64,000 nucleotides of DNA from Octopus sinensis (taxonomy: Eukaryota), in NCBI RefSeq assembly GCF_006345805.1, contig NC_042997.1:160084001-160148000 (forward strand). The letters run 5' to 3'. Both the position numbers and the translations under genes were made by a program. Below the pieces are notes generated by a model. That model had not been told where the DNA came from, searched no databases, and saw nothing but the letters and a program-made list of their open reading frames with translations. This document shows positions 39,451 to 51,090 of the stretch, in pieces (position 1 is the first letter of the stretch; the number at the start of each line of letters is the position of its first letter).

Positions 39451-40716
39451 TGGACTTCGCTTTGCAATAAAGTGCTTCTGTTAAACTTACGAAACAAACG
39501 CTACAGTAACATAGGTAATGCTCCAGACTTCATATCTTTTAACTGTATGAGCCGAGTATGTGTTTTTCGCTGGCATAAAAGGTCGGGAAAAGCAAATTCA
39601 CCGAGAATATGACACCCTTTTTGTCATCAAGGGTATGGAATACATTCAATAGGTTCCCTATGGCCAACCTTTGTGAATATTTTGAGGGAATTAAGATAGG
39701 GATTTCGTTGTAAAAGGCCAAAGTACCCAGACCAAGAGAAGGCACCACTCCACAGCTCGAACGCAGAATAATTGTGACAACAGCTTAGAAAACAAAGGCG
39801 GCCAGCAAGGCGCTACAGACATTCGAAACTTGTCGCTCTAAAATTCCGACTAACACCCCTGTGCTATCAGGCTAAATGAGTCCTTGACATCAAATACTGT
39901 CTTTCACAGCACTCATCATTGCCAAAGTCCCCTTAACTAATACAGCCAGTCGTTGGGGTAAAATTCTGTACGGTTTAGTCGTCATCTGTCATGCGTAGTA
40001 TGTTCATTGTATTGTGACCTCTTCAGTCATTGATGTTGTCAAATCAGGATATTTTCAAAATGGCCTTTATAACGTTAAATATTTTACAATGACAAAAATA
40101 TATTGATTTGTTAGAATGATCACCATTGTCGCCCATCCACAATATACCTCTCGTTACTAATATTTTTCGACGAACTTTTCAGAATAAGATTCCTATTCAT
40201 AGAGTTATTTCATTTGAACACCACCGTTGTGTAGATTACTCTTATGATAGCTGAGATATTCTGATACAAATTCAAATTTTGGAATTACCATTTTTTCGTG
40301 ACTTAATGTCACACTACATTTTTCACAGCTAATTATTTTTAAATGAATAATTTTTAAATGAAGTTTTCAGCAAAAGATAATTCTTATTGAGCACATTCTT
40401 TGAAAGCCACTTTACTTTTAAAATAATTGAAATATTTTAATTCAAAGTTAACCCTTCGCTTTACACCAATTTCTGCCCTCACATATCATAATCTAACTAT
40501 TTCTTTTAATGAACCAAATTTCAATTATTTTATATCCAAACGTATTTTAGTACTGGAGCATCATTGCTAAAACAAACTGCATTCTATTTAGTTGAGAACT
40601 GAATTAGTGATGAAATCTACAACCGCTCGCAATTGAGTAATGGTTGACAACAAGCGTATGTACACCACCTATCGTTGGGTGAAAGGTAAGTATATATCAG
40701 CAAAATCCACCAAACA

Positions 40717-40876
40717 ATGACTGTGTGTCACTGTGGGTTCAAAGCACGAAGCAAAGCTGGGTTAGCTGTCCACTCGAGAAGACATTTTGAACCAACGAAT
40801 ACGTGCAAGTGTACCATTTGTGAGAAAGTGTGCAAGACATCTGCTGGATTGAAGGTACGCATGCGGTGTCACAAGG

Positions 40877-40880
<4 letters not shown>
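40717..40880 (+). mobile_element. Two C2H2-like fingers ending at (TA)n; probable RTE-clade LINE 3' end
   Basis: CHCGFKARSKAGLAVHSRRH and CTICEKVCKTSAGLKVRMRCH; no TGEKP linker. Confidence 0.5.
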
Positions 40881-40947
<67 letters not shown>

Positions 40948-41302
40948 AATATTTTTATCGAGTTAGAAAACTGAGAGATCTAATGGATACAAATAAATTT
41001 ATTGATTAATTAACATATTCACCTACAGTCGTTTCATTTCAGAAACAAAATTAAAATTACAAAACATGCATAAATATATAATTTCGCTTTTTAAGTACCT
41101 TGTATGAAGGATCATCAGGGTGTACAAAGGACAATACAAGGATAATATTAAGATGCGTCTGGAATACTCAGTATATATAGACATGTTTATTATGTGCGTA
41201 TGTATATGTGTGCGCGCGCATGCGTTAACATTATTACTTTTATTTGTATGTCAATAATAATAATAAAAATGATAATAATAATAATCTTTCAAATGGATTG
41301 AC

Positions 41303-43102
41303 GTAACTCTTCACAAAGGTAAACAGTCAAGACGAAAAGCGCGATTCGATTGTAATAGATAGTTTATTGGTTGAACGATATTTCGACAGTAAACCTGTAT
41401 TTGTCGAGTTCAAAATAAGAAGTGATAAAAATTCAAAATTATAGAAATTTAAATTTAATGTATGAACGAGAGCAACCAGCGTCCACATGTTGATGAAATG
41501 ACCTCATCAGTCTTTAAGTTTCAATTTTATAACAAGCGAAAAGAAAAAGCCAGAAAAGAACTGAAAAAAAATGAGGAAAGAAAAAATATTTAATCAAACT
41601 GTTTTGAATAAATTTGATGATATTCTCGTGTCACTTTGTTCATTCCTCCAGGGCCTGATGTTAATAATCCGCAAACATATTTCTCCCCATGCATTTTGAG
41701 AAGAGAAAATGAATCAGATTCAGAATATTTTCTGAGAATATGTAATTTCAAGTCTTTTTCAAAATTGCAGCCGTTTGAAGCAAAATGTTCAGCGAGTTCT
41801 GTTGAACTACTGTTATTGTGTCTGACGTCATATCTGTGCACATTAAAACTTTTGTTTAATTGTTCTGTTGTACAACAAACATAAATCAAGTTGTGTTTCG
41901 TGCATTCTGCCGCGTACACCAAATGGAAATCTTTACATGTTCCTCCTTCTGTATAAATCAACATTTCTGTTATCATTCATATCCGCTGCAAATTGGGCGC
42001 ATGAAAGGAATTCTTTCGAATTTTTTGTGTACTGTAGGGAGACAATAAAATACAGGTGTTCTTCTTTCTGACTGTAAACTCCTTGATTTGACCTTATTAA
42101 TGAAATTGTTTTCTTCCATTTCCAGAATTATTTTGTCAAGTTCGTCTCTGTAATTGGGGTTTGGATCGACAGGTAATTCTTCAGATGAAGTTTTGTCATT
42201 TAAAAATTCTTCTAAGCGAAATATACTCACTTCTGTCCATAATTTCGATAACGCCTCCCTCCCCCCCCCCGTTGTTAGCTTTAATGTCTACACCCAGCAA
42301 TATTAATTTTGAACGATAGTTTTCAATAATTGCTTCCATTATGTTAAATGAATTGCTCTCACCAATTAATTTAAGCTTTCGAAGCAATGAATCGCCAGTC
42401 TTTGATGCACACATTGGTTTATTTGATGTAAGGCATTCCAGTATAACTTTATATTGTTTGCGTGTTTCTAGAAATGATAAATGGCTTTTGATTTCAGCAC
42501 GAAAACAATAAAGTTTTTCCCTGATATAAATGTCAATTTCTCAATTTCTGATTCGTATTTAAATGGCACAAAATCCATTGGCCCAGGATTGGGCTCAATA
42601 CTGGGGTCTAGCGAAAGTAACAGGGCTGACAAGCTAACTGTAAGAAGGAATAAAACACAAAAACTATAATTTACATTACGATTTTCCTTAGACATCCGGC
42701 TGCTTTGGTAACCTCCAGAATTTCCATGTTCCAATTGTTATTCTGTGTACCATAAAATCGGTCATCTCAATCTAATCGATTTTGATATATTAAAAGAATT
42801 TATGTAACTCTTCACAAAGGTAAACAGTTAAGACGAAGAGCCCGATTGGATTGTGATAGATAGTTTATTGGTTGAATGAAATTTAGCCTTTCTTTGTCGA
42901 GTTCAAATTTCAAAATTATAGAAATTAAAATTTAATGTATGAAGGAAAGCAACCAGCGTCCACGTATGATGGAATGACATCATCCGTCTTTAAGTTTAAT
43001 TTTGTAACAGGGGGAAAGAAAAAGATGAAAAAATAGAATAAAAACAGAAAGAAAGATGAAAGAAAAAAAGAAATAAAGTAGAATATTTAATCAAATAGTT
43101 TT
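41303..43102 (-). mobile_element. Penelope-like element with direct pseudo-LTRs and a deleted RT core
   Basis: Direct repeats 41303-41605 and 42804-43102 include the ORF stop. ORF pieces SHLSFLET, GGVIEIMDRSEY and FYCLPTVHK...MRPICSG jump straight to the GIY-YIG (VYAAEC...IYVCCT). Confidence 0.88.
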
Positions 43103-43229
43103 CTTTAAATACTAATACTAGACTTACCAACTCTCCTCTAACATTTACTGGGAATTACACCTCCTCAAACGTACCTAATAAAAGTGGCGGGAGATCTAGT
43201 CTCCATTGGCTTGAAATGTTAAGGGCCCG

Positions 43230-43814
43230 CTAAAGCATTCTTTAAAATAGTAGAATCTAATTGCCCACGTAACCATAAGTACTATTCTATCTTTAACAGA
43301 TCCACTTTGAAATTATTTATCTACACCAAATATAGAATCAATTATCACCTCATCTAACAAACGTAAACCTAGCTCTTACAATCTAAATGCATACCATAGA
43401 CCTACACAATGAAAACGCTATCGCAATAACATATCTAATGCCCCTGGCTCGACTACTTTAAACAACTTAAGCATACACAATATAGTCCCCTCCTCGGAGA
43501 GTAATGGGCGCACAGCTGAAACTGAGGAAAACATTAACAGGCACGCTGATACTAACAATACTAACTACATTATAACCACTACAACTAATAATACATATAC
43601 TTCAACTACTAATAGGACTAGCAATAATATTAATACTAGCACCAACGGCAATATTACTATTACTGAAAATAATACTACTACTAACACACCAACCACAAAC
43701 GCTACTACTAATAGTTGCAATAATAACATAACTAATACCACTTCCTCTACCACTGCTAATACTAACACTACTACCAATGATACTAGCACCGCAACTGCTG
43801 CTGCTACAACAACA

Positions 43815-43859
<45 letters not shown>

Positions 43860-45658
43860 GGTAATGATAATAATTATAACAACGATGCTGATAACGGTAG
43901 AGACGATAATAATAATAATAGTAACGCTTGTGTTGATATTAATAGTAGAAATGACAGCAATAATAACAGCAATATTACGATCAATTCACCTAATATTACG
44001 CTAGCTACTACCAGCACTACTTCATCTCTATCCCCAATTAACTATCGTAGAATTGACAGCTGCAATTGCAGATCCGGGCGAGACTGCCCGCTGCAAGCCC
44101 AATGCAGAAGATTCAACGTCGTATACTAATGCACAGTTCGCAACATAGAAAATAACTTCTATAGTTACTACAGTGGATCTACTACATTTTTTAAACAAAG
44201 ATATCCACATTTAACCTCGTTTAGATATAAAGGGAATAACAAATCCATATCACTAGCCAGCTACGTACACCATCTAATTAATAGAAAAATACAATATAAA
44301 CTTTCCTGGGCAATAATAGACTCGGATATCCCGTATCAGGACCAACACTTCATTCGTGGACTGTGCTTAAAAGAAGCCCTCAAAATGTTAACCTGTAACT
44401 CACCACAATTGCTTAATAAACACAACGAAGCCTTCGCTAGGTGTAAGCATAAATTCTTTCGCGCTTTTAAATTTTTTCATAAATCTAAATGTAAGTTCAC
44501 CTCCCACGAATAACACTCACATACAAACTCCGGTGATCATTAATACATACCTCTCTATATCGCTTCTATCTCTCATATATCTCTATATCTCTTCTATTTA
44601 CCTTATCTCTTATATCTCTTCTATCTACCTTACCTTATCACTTTATGAGATAAATATTCTTTAATTCATCTTTAATTTACTTTTAAACCTTAACCTAATA
44701 AATCCCCTAATATTTCATTCTAACTCCTCCTCCTATATAATTTAACATTCAATTAGTTCCTTCATTCTCGACTGCCTACACACATAACCCTATTGTTAAA
44801 AATAACTCTAAAGCCACTGATTTTAGCCAGAGCAGACACAAGCATTTACTACTAGATTTTCTCCCCAACTCCTATAGACTAGAAGAATACCACTGACACC
44901 TACTACTCTTTTTAAATTTCTTTCATTGCTCTATTTTGTTTAATTTTTTACGTTATCTTCCTCTACTTCCTCATCCTCTCTCTTATCTTCTCGAGTATCC
45001 TTGCACACTATATTCTTAGACACTATATACTTATATGCCTGACTTCATCCTAAAGCCAATCCTTAACAACCCCTCACTCTATCTACCTCTCTTTCTATTC
45101 ATTTACTTGTCTATTCTATTACCACTTATAACAATCTACGCTAACATTCTGTTATTGAATGTTGATATGTTCGCGTCTTTTCTGGATGTTTACAATATCA
45201 GGACTTTAACCAACTTAGATCTACGTAGAATTGCACCTAAAGACTTATGCAGTTATTTCTACAATATCGGAAAGTTGAGCTGTGAACTTTTTTGTTTCTT
45301 TTTTCTTTTCTCTCTTTATCTCCTTATTCCTTTACTATTGCCATCTATATTGTCATTTCATTAATCTATACCCTCTTCACTTTCCCTATTTGTCTCTGAT
45401 TGCGGAATATTCCACACTCTGGGATATCCTAGAAACAGCTGTAAGACTTTGCATTTTTCCAATAATAATAATGTTTGCCTCCCCTTAACGCTTGTTGTCC
45501 TCTTTAACAATTATATATATTTCCCATATCGGAAATCTGCAATAACTCCATAACTACCGCCTCGGTTACAACCTTGGAGCCCTAGTAATGCTTTACAGCG
45601 CTTATCTAGCGTACCTAATCGTTTAGATCACATGTGACCTAAACCCACATACCTTGTG

Positions 45659-45660
<2 letters not shown>
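43230..45660 (+). mobile_element. Penelope-like element 3' half (CxC-x4-CPL type GIY-YIG) with long pyrimidine-rich 3' UTR
   Basis: NHKYYSIFNRSTLK, CNCRSGRDCPLQAQC...VVY, SLASYVHHL...W, LCLKE and LLNKHNE...CKH; stop near 44512. Confidence 0.8.
45392..45447 (+). ncRNA. Decayed type I hammerhead motif
   Basis: gtct-CTGATTG-c-ggaatattcc/gggatatcc-ta-GAAA-cagct-GTA-agac. Stems and the ACAGCTGT palindrome are intact; the core is mutated. Confidence 0.55.
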
Positions 45661-45727
<67 letters not shown>

Positions 45728-45759
45728 GTATGTATGTATGTATAGTTAGTAGAGTTTGA

Positions 45760-46646
45760 GATTGGATTAACCGTCTAAGGGATATAAATATCCGTTTTAC
45801 TACCGGTATAATTACTTATGTTAATCCTGAGCATACATATGCAAGCATATTATGCTCACAAATCAGACTTAGGAAATCTTTGTAAAGCTATTTTGGATAA
45901 GTACATACCTTCCCTTAGAAAAAGATTAAACTTGAGTTATGGACTAATATCCAAAATGCAACAACTTGTTTCTCTAATATAAAGCATAAGGATCAACAAA
46001 AACTTCTGCCAATTGACATTCAAAATTACTACTCCTCCATAAACCCTAATAGTTTAAATAGTGCTCTCATTTTTGCTAAGAACTATACTAAGATCAATAT
46101 GAAAGAAATCAATGTAATCCTCACGGCCCGAAAATCTACTATTGAATTTGATAACAAATTTTGGGCAAGAAAGGACACATCAAATTTCTTTGATATAACA
46201 ATGGGATCCCCAGACTCAGTGGAAGTGACTGACCTTGTGAGAATATATCAGACAACATTAAGAAAGAATTCCAAGAATTTGGTGGGGGACTCTTCTAGAA
46301 CTGCTTAAAAAACGCCTGTACAAATTTTTCAATAGATTCGGCTTTTCTATTACTACAGAGAATGAAAACTATTCTATCAACTACCTAGACGTTAACTGTG
46401 ATATAAATACAGGATTACATGAACCATACATGAAACCTAACTCTAACATAAAATATATAAACTATCAAAGTAATCATTCATAATCTATAAAAAAGGCTCT
46501 TATAAAAAGCATTAGTAATATAATTTCTTCTCTTCTAATGAGGACTTATTCAATAAAAATAAATATAAATACAATAAGACACTAAAAGAAGCAGATAATG
46601 TAATTAAATCATATATACTTATACACATCCTCATAAATCATGCATG
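45760..46646 (+). mobile_element. PLE RT fragment
   Basis: FFDITMGSPDSVEVTDLV, LDVNCDINTG and YINYQSNH. Confidence 0.78.
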
Positions 46647-47138
46647 AACACCCTCCTATTTTTCGGATCCTTTTTATTTACTGTTATTAACCTTGATATC
46701 TTGTGTCACTTTTATCTCGTATTTTAGATGTATTAGAAATTTTAGACGCTTTAGGCGGTCTGTCACTTTGAAAATTGATATTTTTATTCCTATATTTATC
46801 AATCTCTCATCTGCATTGTGCCCCCTATTTTTATTAGGCATAACATTTTACATGTAATCTTCATTTATATGTGATTTTATCTTTAATATTTAATATATTT
46901 TTATATGCTTTTATATCTCTCCTATATTTTTATGATTGGTTTTATTCGTTAAACCTTTGGAAAATCTTTACGCCTACACATGCATGATTTATGATGATGT
47001 GTATAAATATATATGATTCAATTACATTGATTGAATATCACCATTTATGCGTTCGGGAATTTGGTTGACAGCCTAGGATTTACGTTTTCATTTTCCTCTA
47101 CTTTTTATTATTTCGCATTGGCTCTGTACGAGTCCTCC

Positions 47139-47182
<44 letters not shown>

Positions 47183-47303
47183 AGAGTAAATAATATCTTT
47201 AATGTTTTTTTTTTTTAAATCAACAATTATTTTCTGGTAGATTTCGGTATGTAAATATAACCATTAATGGTAGGGACTTCTATAAAAGTTCAATATATAT
47301 ATC

Positions 47304-47568
47304 GTATATAAATAAAAGAGGCAGGCAACATGTTCCTTAGCCACATACCGAAAAATTAGAAATAGCAGTCAAAGACTGTTTATTTCTATTTTCTACAAAT
47401 GAGACTCCACATACGACATATCCCTGTAATTAACATATGCAAAACAAGGAAGAAATAACGAAAACAAGTCATTTGTGGAAAATAGAAATAAACAGTCTTT
47501 GACTGGTATTTCTAATTTTTTCGGTATGTGGCTAAGCGACCTGTTGCCTGCCTCTTTTATTTATATAC
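47304..47568. repeat. Foldback element: ~100-bp inverted arms, 66-bp spacer, TA-flanked
   Basis: 47304-47402 vs 47469-47568, about 6 differences. Confidence 0.92.
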
Positions 47569-47779
47569 TATATATATATATAAAGAGTTACTTGTTCATT
47601 ATTGCTAATAGGCACACTCTGAAAGTGATTTGAGGAATTATATTTAGTGTAGTCGTTTGTTATGACTGGTAGGAAAGTTACCGTTGGTTTCACGTGTATT
47701 GCTGCTCTTAACATTATCGGTGACACATCAGATTTTCTGGTTCGAAGCAGAGAACCATTTTAGTAATGGAACTAAAAAT

Positions 47780-48345
47780 ACACTGTGAGTCAGCCCGTAT
47801 TGTGACAAAATGCCTGAAACGACATTCTTCGAAGCAAAATCTCTTCTAGGTGCTACGGATTTATTCCCCTTTGACCACTTTCGCTTGTGTCTGAATTGAG
47901 TCAGTTCATATACGATTTTCGTTCAGTAGTCATCAAGCGGAGAATTCCGTGCTCTCAACACAATTTATTTCACATGAAGGGACCGAATAAAAACACATTT
48001 TGAATTTTGGAATGTCATAGGTGAGTATTCACAAATTTTAAAAGTAATATGCTTAATTGGTGCCCTTATGAGAAAAATTCGAGTTCAAGACATGGAATAC
48101 CCTGCCTGCTAAATAGTGAACGGAAATCGTACATAAACGGACACGTCCGGACACAACTAGAACTGGTCAATGAGAAATAACTCCACTTCACCAAGAAGGG
48201 TTTTCCCCACGAGGAATTTCGTTTAAGATTTGTTTTCACACTTCTATCTCCATTAGTTTGTAGGTTATGTGACCCCGTCTGGTTTATTACTAATAGCAAG
48301 AAAAGACCTGAAACCAATTACAAATTTCAGACCAATCACAACCAA
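47780..48345 (+). mobile_element. L1-clade RT remnant
   Basis: Ends in LLLIARKDLKPITNFRPITT. Confidence 0.5.
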
Positions 48346-48445
48346 AGTTAACATTATATTTGTGTGTGTGCGCGCGTGAATGTATATGTATGTATATATA
48401 TGAATAAATAAATGAATGGAGTTGAACGAAGATGTTAACAAAATT

Positions 48446-48538
48446 CCTTTATTCTCGACATATGTTTCGAAGACAACATGGTTTCATTCCAAAGGAATAA
48501 ACGGTGCAAGATGCAATCTTCTCATCAGGAAAGAAAGG
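48446..48538 (-). ncRNA. Type I hammerhead ribozyme, intact canonical core
   Basis: cctttctttc-CTGATGA-gaagattgca...tgttgtcttc-GAAA-catat-GTC-gagaataaagg; palindrome ACATATGT; predicted cut between 48457 and 48456. Confidence 0.85.
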
Positions 48539-49053
48539 GGGCCTTTCTCAACAACAAGACAAACAAAAATTGCGATGACTGCCTACATGGTAAACAAAAC
48601 GATAATAAGTGTTTTTAAAAAAACTTATCCTTTCCCTTTGATAAAGACTGAAGATTTTGTAACATTTGCAACTCTGAACTCTTCTATATTCTCTTCTCTA
48701 AGGTCCCCCTTGTAAACACACTCATAGAGAAATCGTACAAATGTAAACACTGGCAGATACATACTTTTTACTCATATAAATGATTATGATAGTCATTGTT
48801 GTTTGAACAATTAGCTTAACGTGCACTCCACTTCAATAGCGAAATTCTTTCCTAAGCCTTTCAACATTCTATTAATCAACGTACCCTTCCCTCTCCACTT
48901 GTTCCCTGCCTATTATTCCTTTAACCCTTCTCTTCCTCTATCCAACTTTGACGTCAATTCTACTAACGGTTTTTAAAAAACACTTATTATCGATTTGTTT
49001 AACATGTAGGCAGTCATCGCAATTTTTGTTTGTCTTGTTGTTGAGAAAGGCCT

Positions 49054-49146
49054 CCTTTCTTTCCTGATGAGAAGATTGCATCTTGCACCGTTTATTCCTT
49101 TGGAATGAAACCATGTTGTCTTCGAAGCATATCTCGAGAGTAAAGG
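49054..49146 (+). ncRNA. Inactivated copy of the 48446 hammerhead
   Basis: Same sequence, but GAAA>GAAG (49127) and GTC>CTC (49133). Confidence 0.7.
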
Positions 49147-49452
49147 AATTTTGTTAACATCTTCGTTCAACTCCATTCATTGATTTATTCATATATAACA
49201 CTCAAATTTCTGTACATGAACCCGGAGTTTCTACATTTGGACAGGTCGCTTCAACCGTGTTTCTGACGTGAATTTGCTACACTGGTATCGGTTTATCGAA
49301 TTTTCCATATTGACGATAAACATAGGATAGTTCATTCTCCTATCGAAATATAAATGTAAATTTTAAAAAGGATAAAATCTTTATAAGAATTTATCAAGTA
49401 GTGTGAAAAACTTCATAAGTGAAAATATTATTAATTATTCCCTTTAAATATA

Positions 49453-49458
49453 TTTATT
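49453..49458 (-). terminator. Candidate polyadenylation signal of the lectin gene
   Basis: First AATAAA on the minus strand after the stop codon, about 250 nt downstream. The AT-rich context makes this weak evidence. Confidence 0.35.
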
Positions 49459-49519
49459 TATATTAAGGGCATTACTATACATAAATGACTCAGACTAGGA
49501 GGTACTCTTAAAGTCAAAG

Positions 49520-49580
49520 CTACCATAATAAACACATTGTACCGAACGCGGCGTTCGGTACAATGTGTTTACTATGGTAG
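49520..49580. repeat. Near-perfect palindrome, 30-bp arms, 1-nt spacer
   Basis: ctaccataataaacacattgtaccgaacgc-g-gcgttcggtacaatgtgtttactatggtag; one mismatch. Confidence 0.97.
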
Positions 49581-49609
49581 TCTCTCCTAGCATGCGGCAT
49601 TTATATATA

Positions 49610-49645
<36 letters not shown>

Positions 49646-49706
49646 GGGTGGGCACGTGTATGTGTGTGTGCGTGTGTGTGAAATTACGTTTCGTTTTACC
49701 ACACAC

Positions 49707-49945
49707 TTATCGAACAACTATCTCGCATATTTGTCTCCCACCGTTCTGGAAGTTGCAAACAATATCATTCCATCCGTAATTAAGGGATGGAATAAAGTTA
49801 CCGCAGTTTTCCTTCCCACCACTATTCGATGGTTGTGAAGGAATCCAAGGAGAATATGTAAGTGCTTCTCCATCCTGCCATACAAAGACGTTCTTGCTAG
49901 GATCTTTGCATAATCCCATAAGAAAAGTGTGTTGTTGCATCGCAG
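49707..49945 (-). CDS. C-type lectin domain protein, terminal exon (C-terminal half of CTLD)
   Basis: Acceptor tctctgtttgttttcag| (phase 1). Reads AMQQHTFLMGL...FVWQDG...YSPWIPSQPSNSGGKENC...WNDIVC...ICEIVVR*. Confidence 0.92.
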
Positions 49946-50047
49946 CTGAAAACAAACAGAGAATAAAAATATTGATTAATAAATAATCGTCTCGCACAGA
50001 TTTGATATGATTCGGTGCATGTTTGAGCATTATAGTGTTCTGTAGTA

Positions 50048-50088
<41 letters not shown>

Positions 50089-50105
50089 TGTTGTTGTTGT
50101 TGTTT

Positions 50106-50138
<33 letters not shown>

Positions 50139-50790
50139 TTGCTGTTGTGGTTGTTAATATTTAGCCCGAATCACTCATGACATCCTGTCTTATTTGTGTT
50201 TACATGGCGTATACTTGACTATATACTACATTTCGAGAAACAGTTGACTACCGTCTCTTGTAAGATGAACGATCACTCAGTGTACATACATTTACTCACT
50301 ATGTCGCTGCACACTTAGAATCCACATGTGATCCGCTTGTGTGCGCAGTATTTTTAGGCTACGTGAAAAATAGCGAAATATTTTGAATTTTGGCAAAATG
50401 AACCACATAAACTAGCGTATATAGTAATTTAAGTTGATTTGTTATATACGTCTGTAAAATAGATACTGAAATCTCTTCCCCGATCATGCCGGGAAGAAAC
50501 TTTCAGCAACGGTAACGAAATATTTCAACGTACACCAGGTTTTCATGTTTTTCATATATAAAATGAAATGAACAGCTAATCATTTGCTGATGCTGGCTAA
50601 TATAACAAGTAAATTATCTATTTCTTCTGTTTGCATCTAAATTCAAAACTAAACAGACTTAACCTTTCATATTATTGAAATTTAAAAGAATGACTGCGAT
50701 GAATTCGCTGATCAATTTAATCGACTCTAGCATTCTCCTGTAAGAATTGATATCGTGTTGATTAAAACCAAAATCAAAATTCAATGGGTG

Positions 50791-51090
50791 TTGTTTGTTC
50801 CTTGTCGAGCCACGCCTTGCTCATAAGGGCCGGTTTCCCGTTTTCCTTGGCGTATAGGTTCCCTGCGTGGACGGGACGCCGATCCGTCGTGAGTGAGTGA
50901 GCTGCGAGAGGAAAGAGTGAGAGAAAGTTATGGCGAAAGAGTCAGCAGAAGTTCGCCATTACCTTCTGCCGTAGACAGGTGGAAATTAGGAATTTCGCTC
51001 ATAAACACACACATCGCCCGGCCTGAGATTCGAACCTGCGATCCCTCGACCGCAAGTCTGCTGCTCTAACCACTAGGCCATGTGTCTCCA
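50791..51090 (-). mobile_element. SINE family 3 (tRNA-derived head)
   Basis: A box TGGCCTAGTGG and B box GGTTCGAATC, then about 220 nt of non-tRNA body ending in an (AAC)-like tail. Confidence 0.85.

Larger units (their letters stand above)
48394..49197. mobile_element. PLE 3'-end fragment with ~227-bp inverted termini
   Basis: 48394-48620 vs 48970-49197 (they produce the twin ORFs 48416 and 48973). Each arm carries a hammerhead motif; the spacer is pyrimidine-rich. Confidence 0.85.

Noticed and set aside
39786-39840. GAAACTTGTC hammerhead-like 3' half
   Set aside because: No valid core or stem II upstream, and stem III is not palindromic.
40640-40692. Plus-strand MVDNKRMYTTYRWVK followed by a gtaagt donor
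   Set aside because: Only 15 codons, no downstream partner exon found, and it lies within a probable retroelement end.
41082-41118. CTGATGA ... GAAA on the minus strand
   Set aside because: Stem II is not closed, and there is no NUH with a matching stem I.
41470-41510. CTGATGA within the pseudo-LTR of the 41.3-43.1 kb PLE
   Set aside because: No GAAA in either pLTR copy (the other copy reads CGGATGA); a hammerhead cannot be assembled.
48416-49176. Twin 67-99 aa ORFs (MELNEDVNKIP...) as duplicated genes
   Set aside because: They are simply the two arms of the inverted repeat, read antisense to the ribozyme-bearing pLTR.
51015-51090. tRNA gene
   Set aside because: A and B boxes are present but there is no acceptor stem, and it continues into a SINE body.
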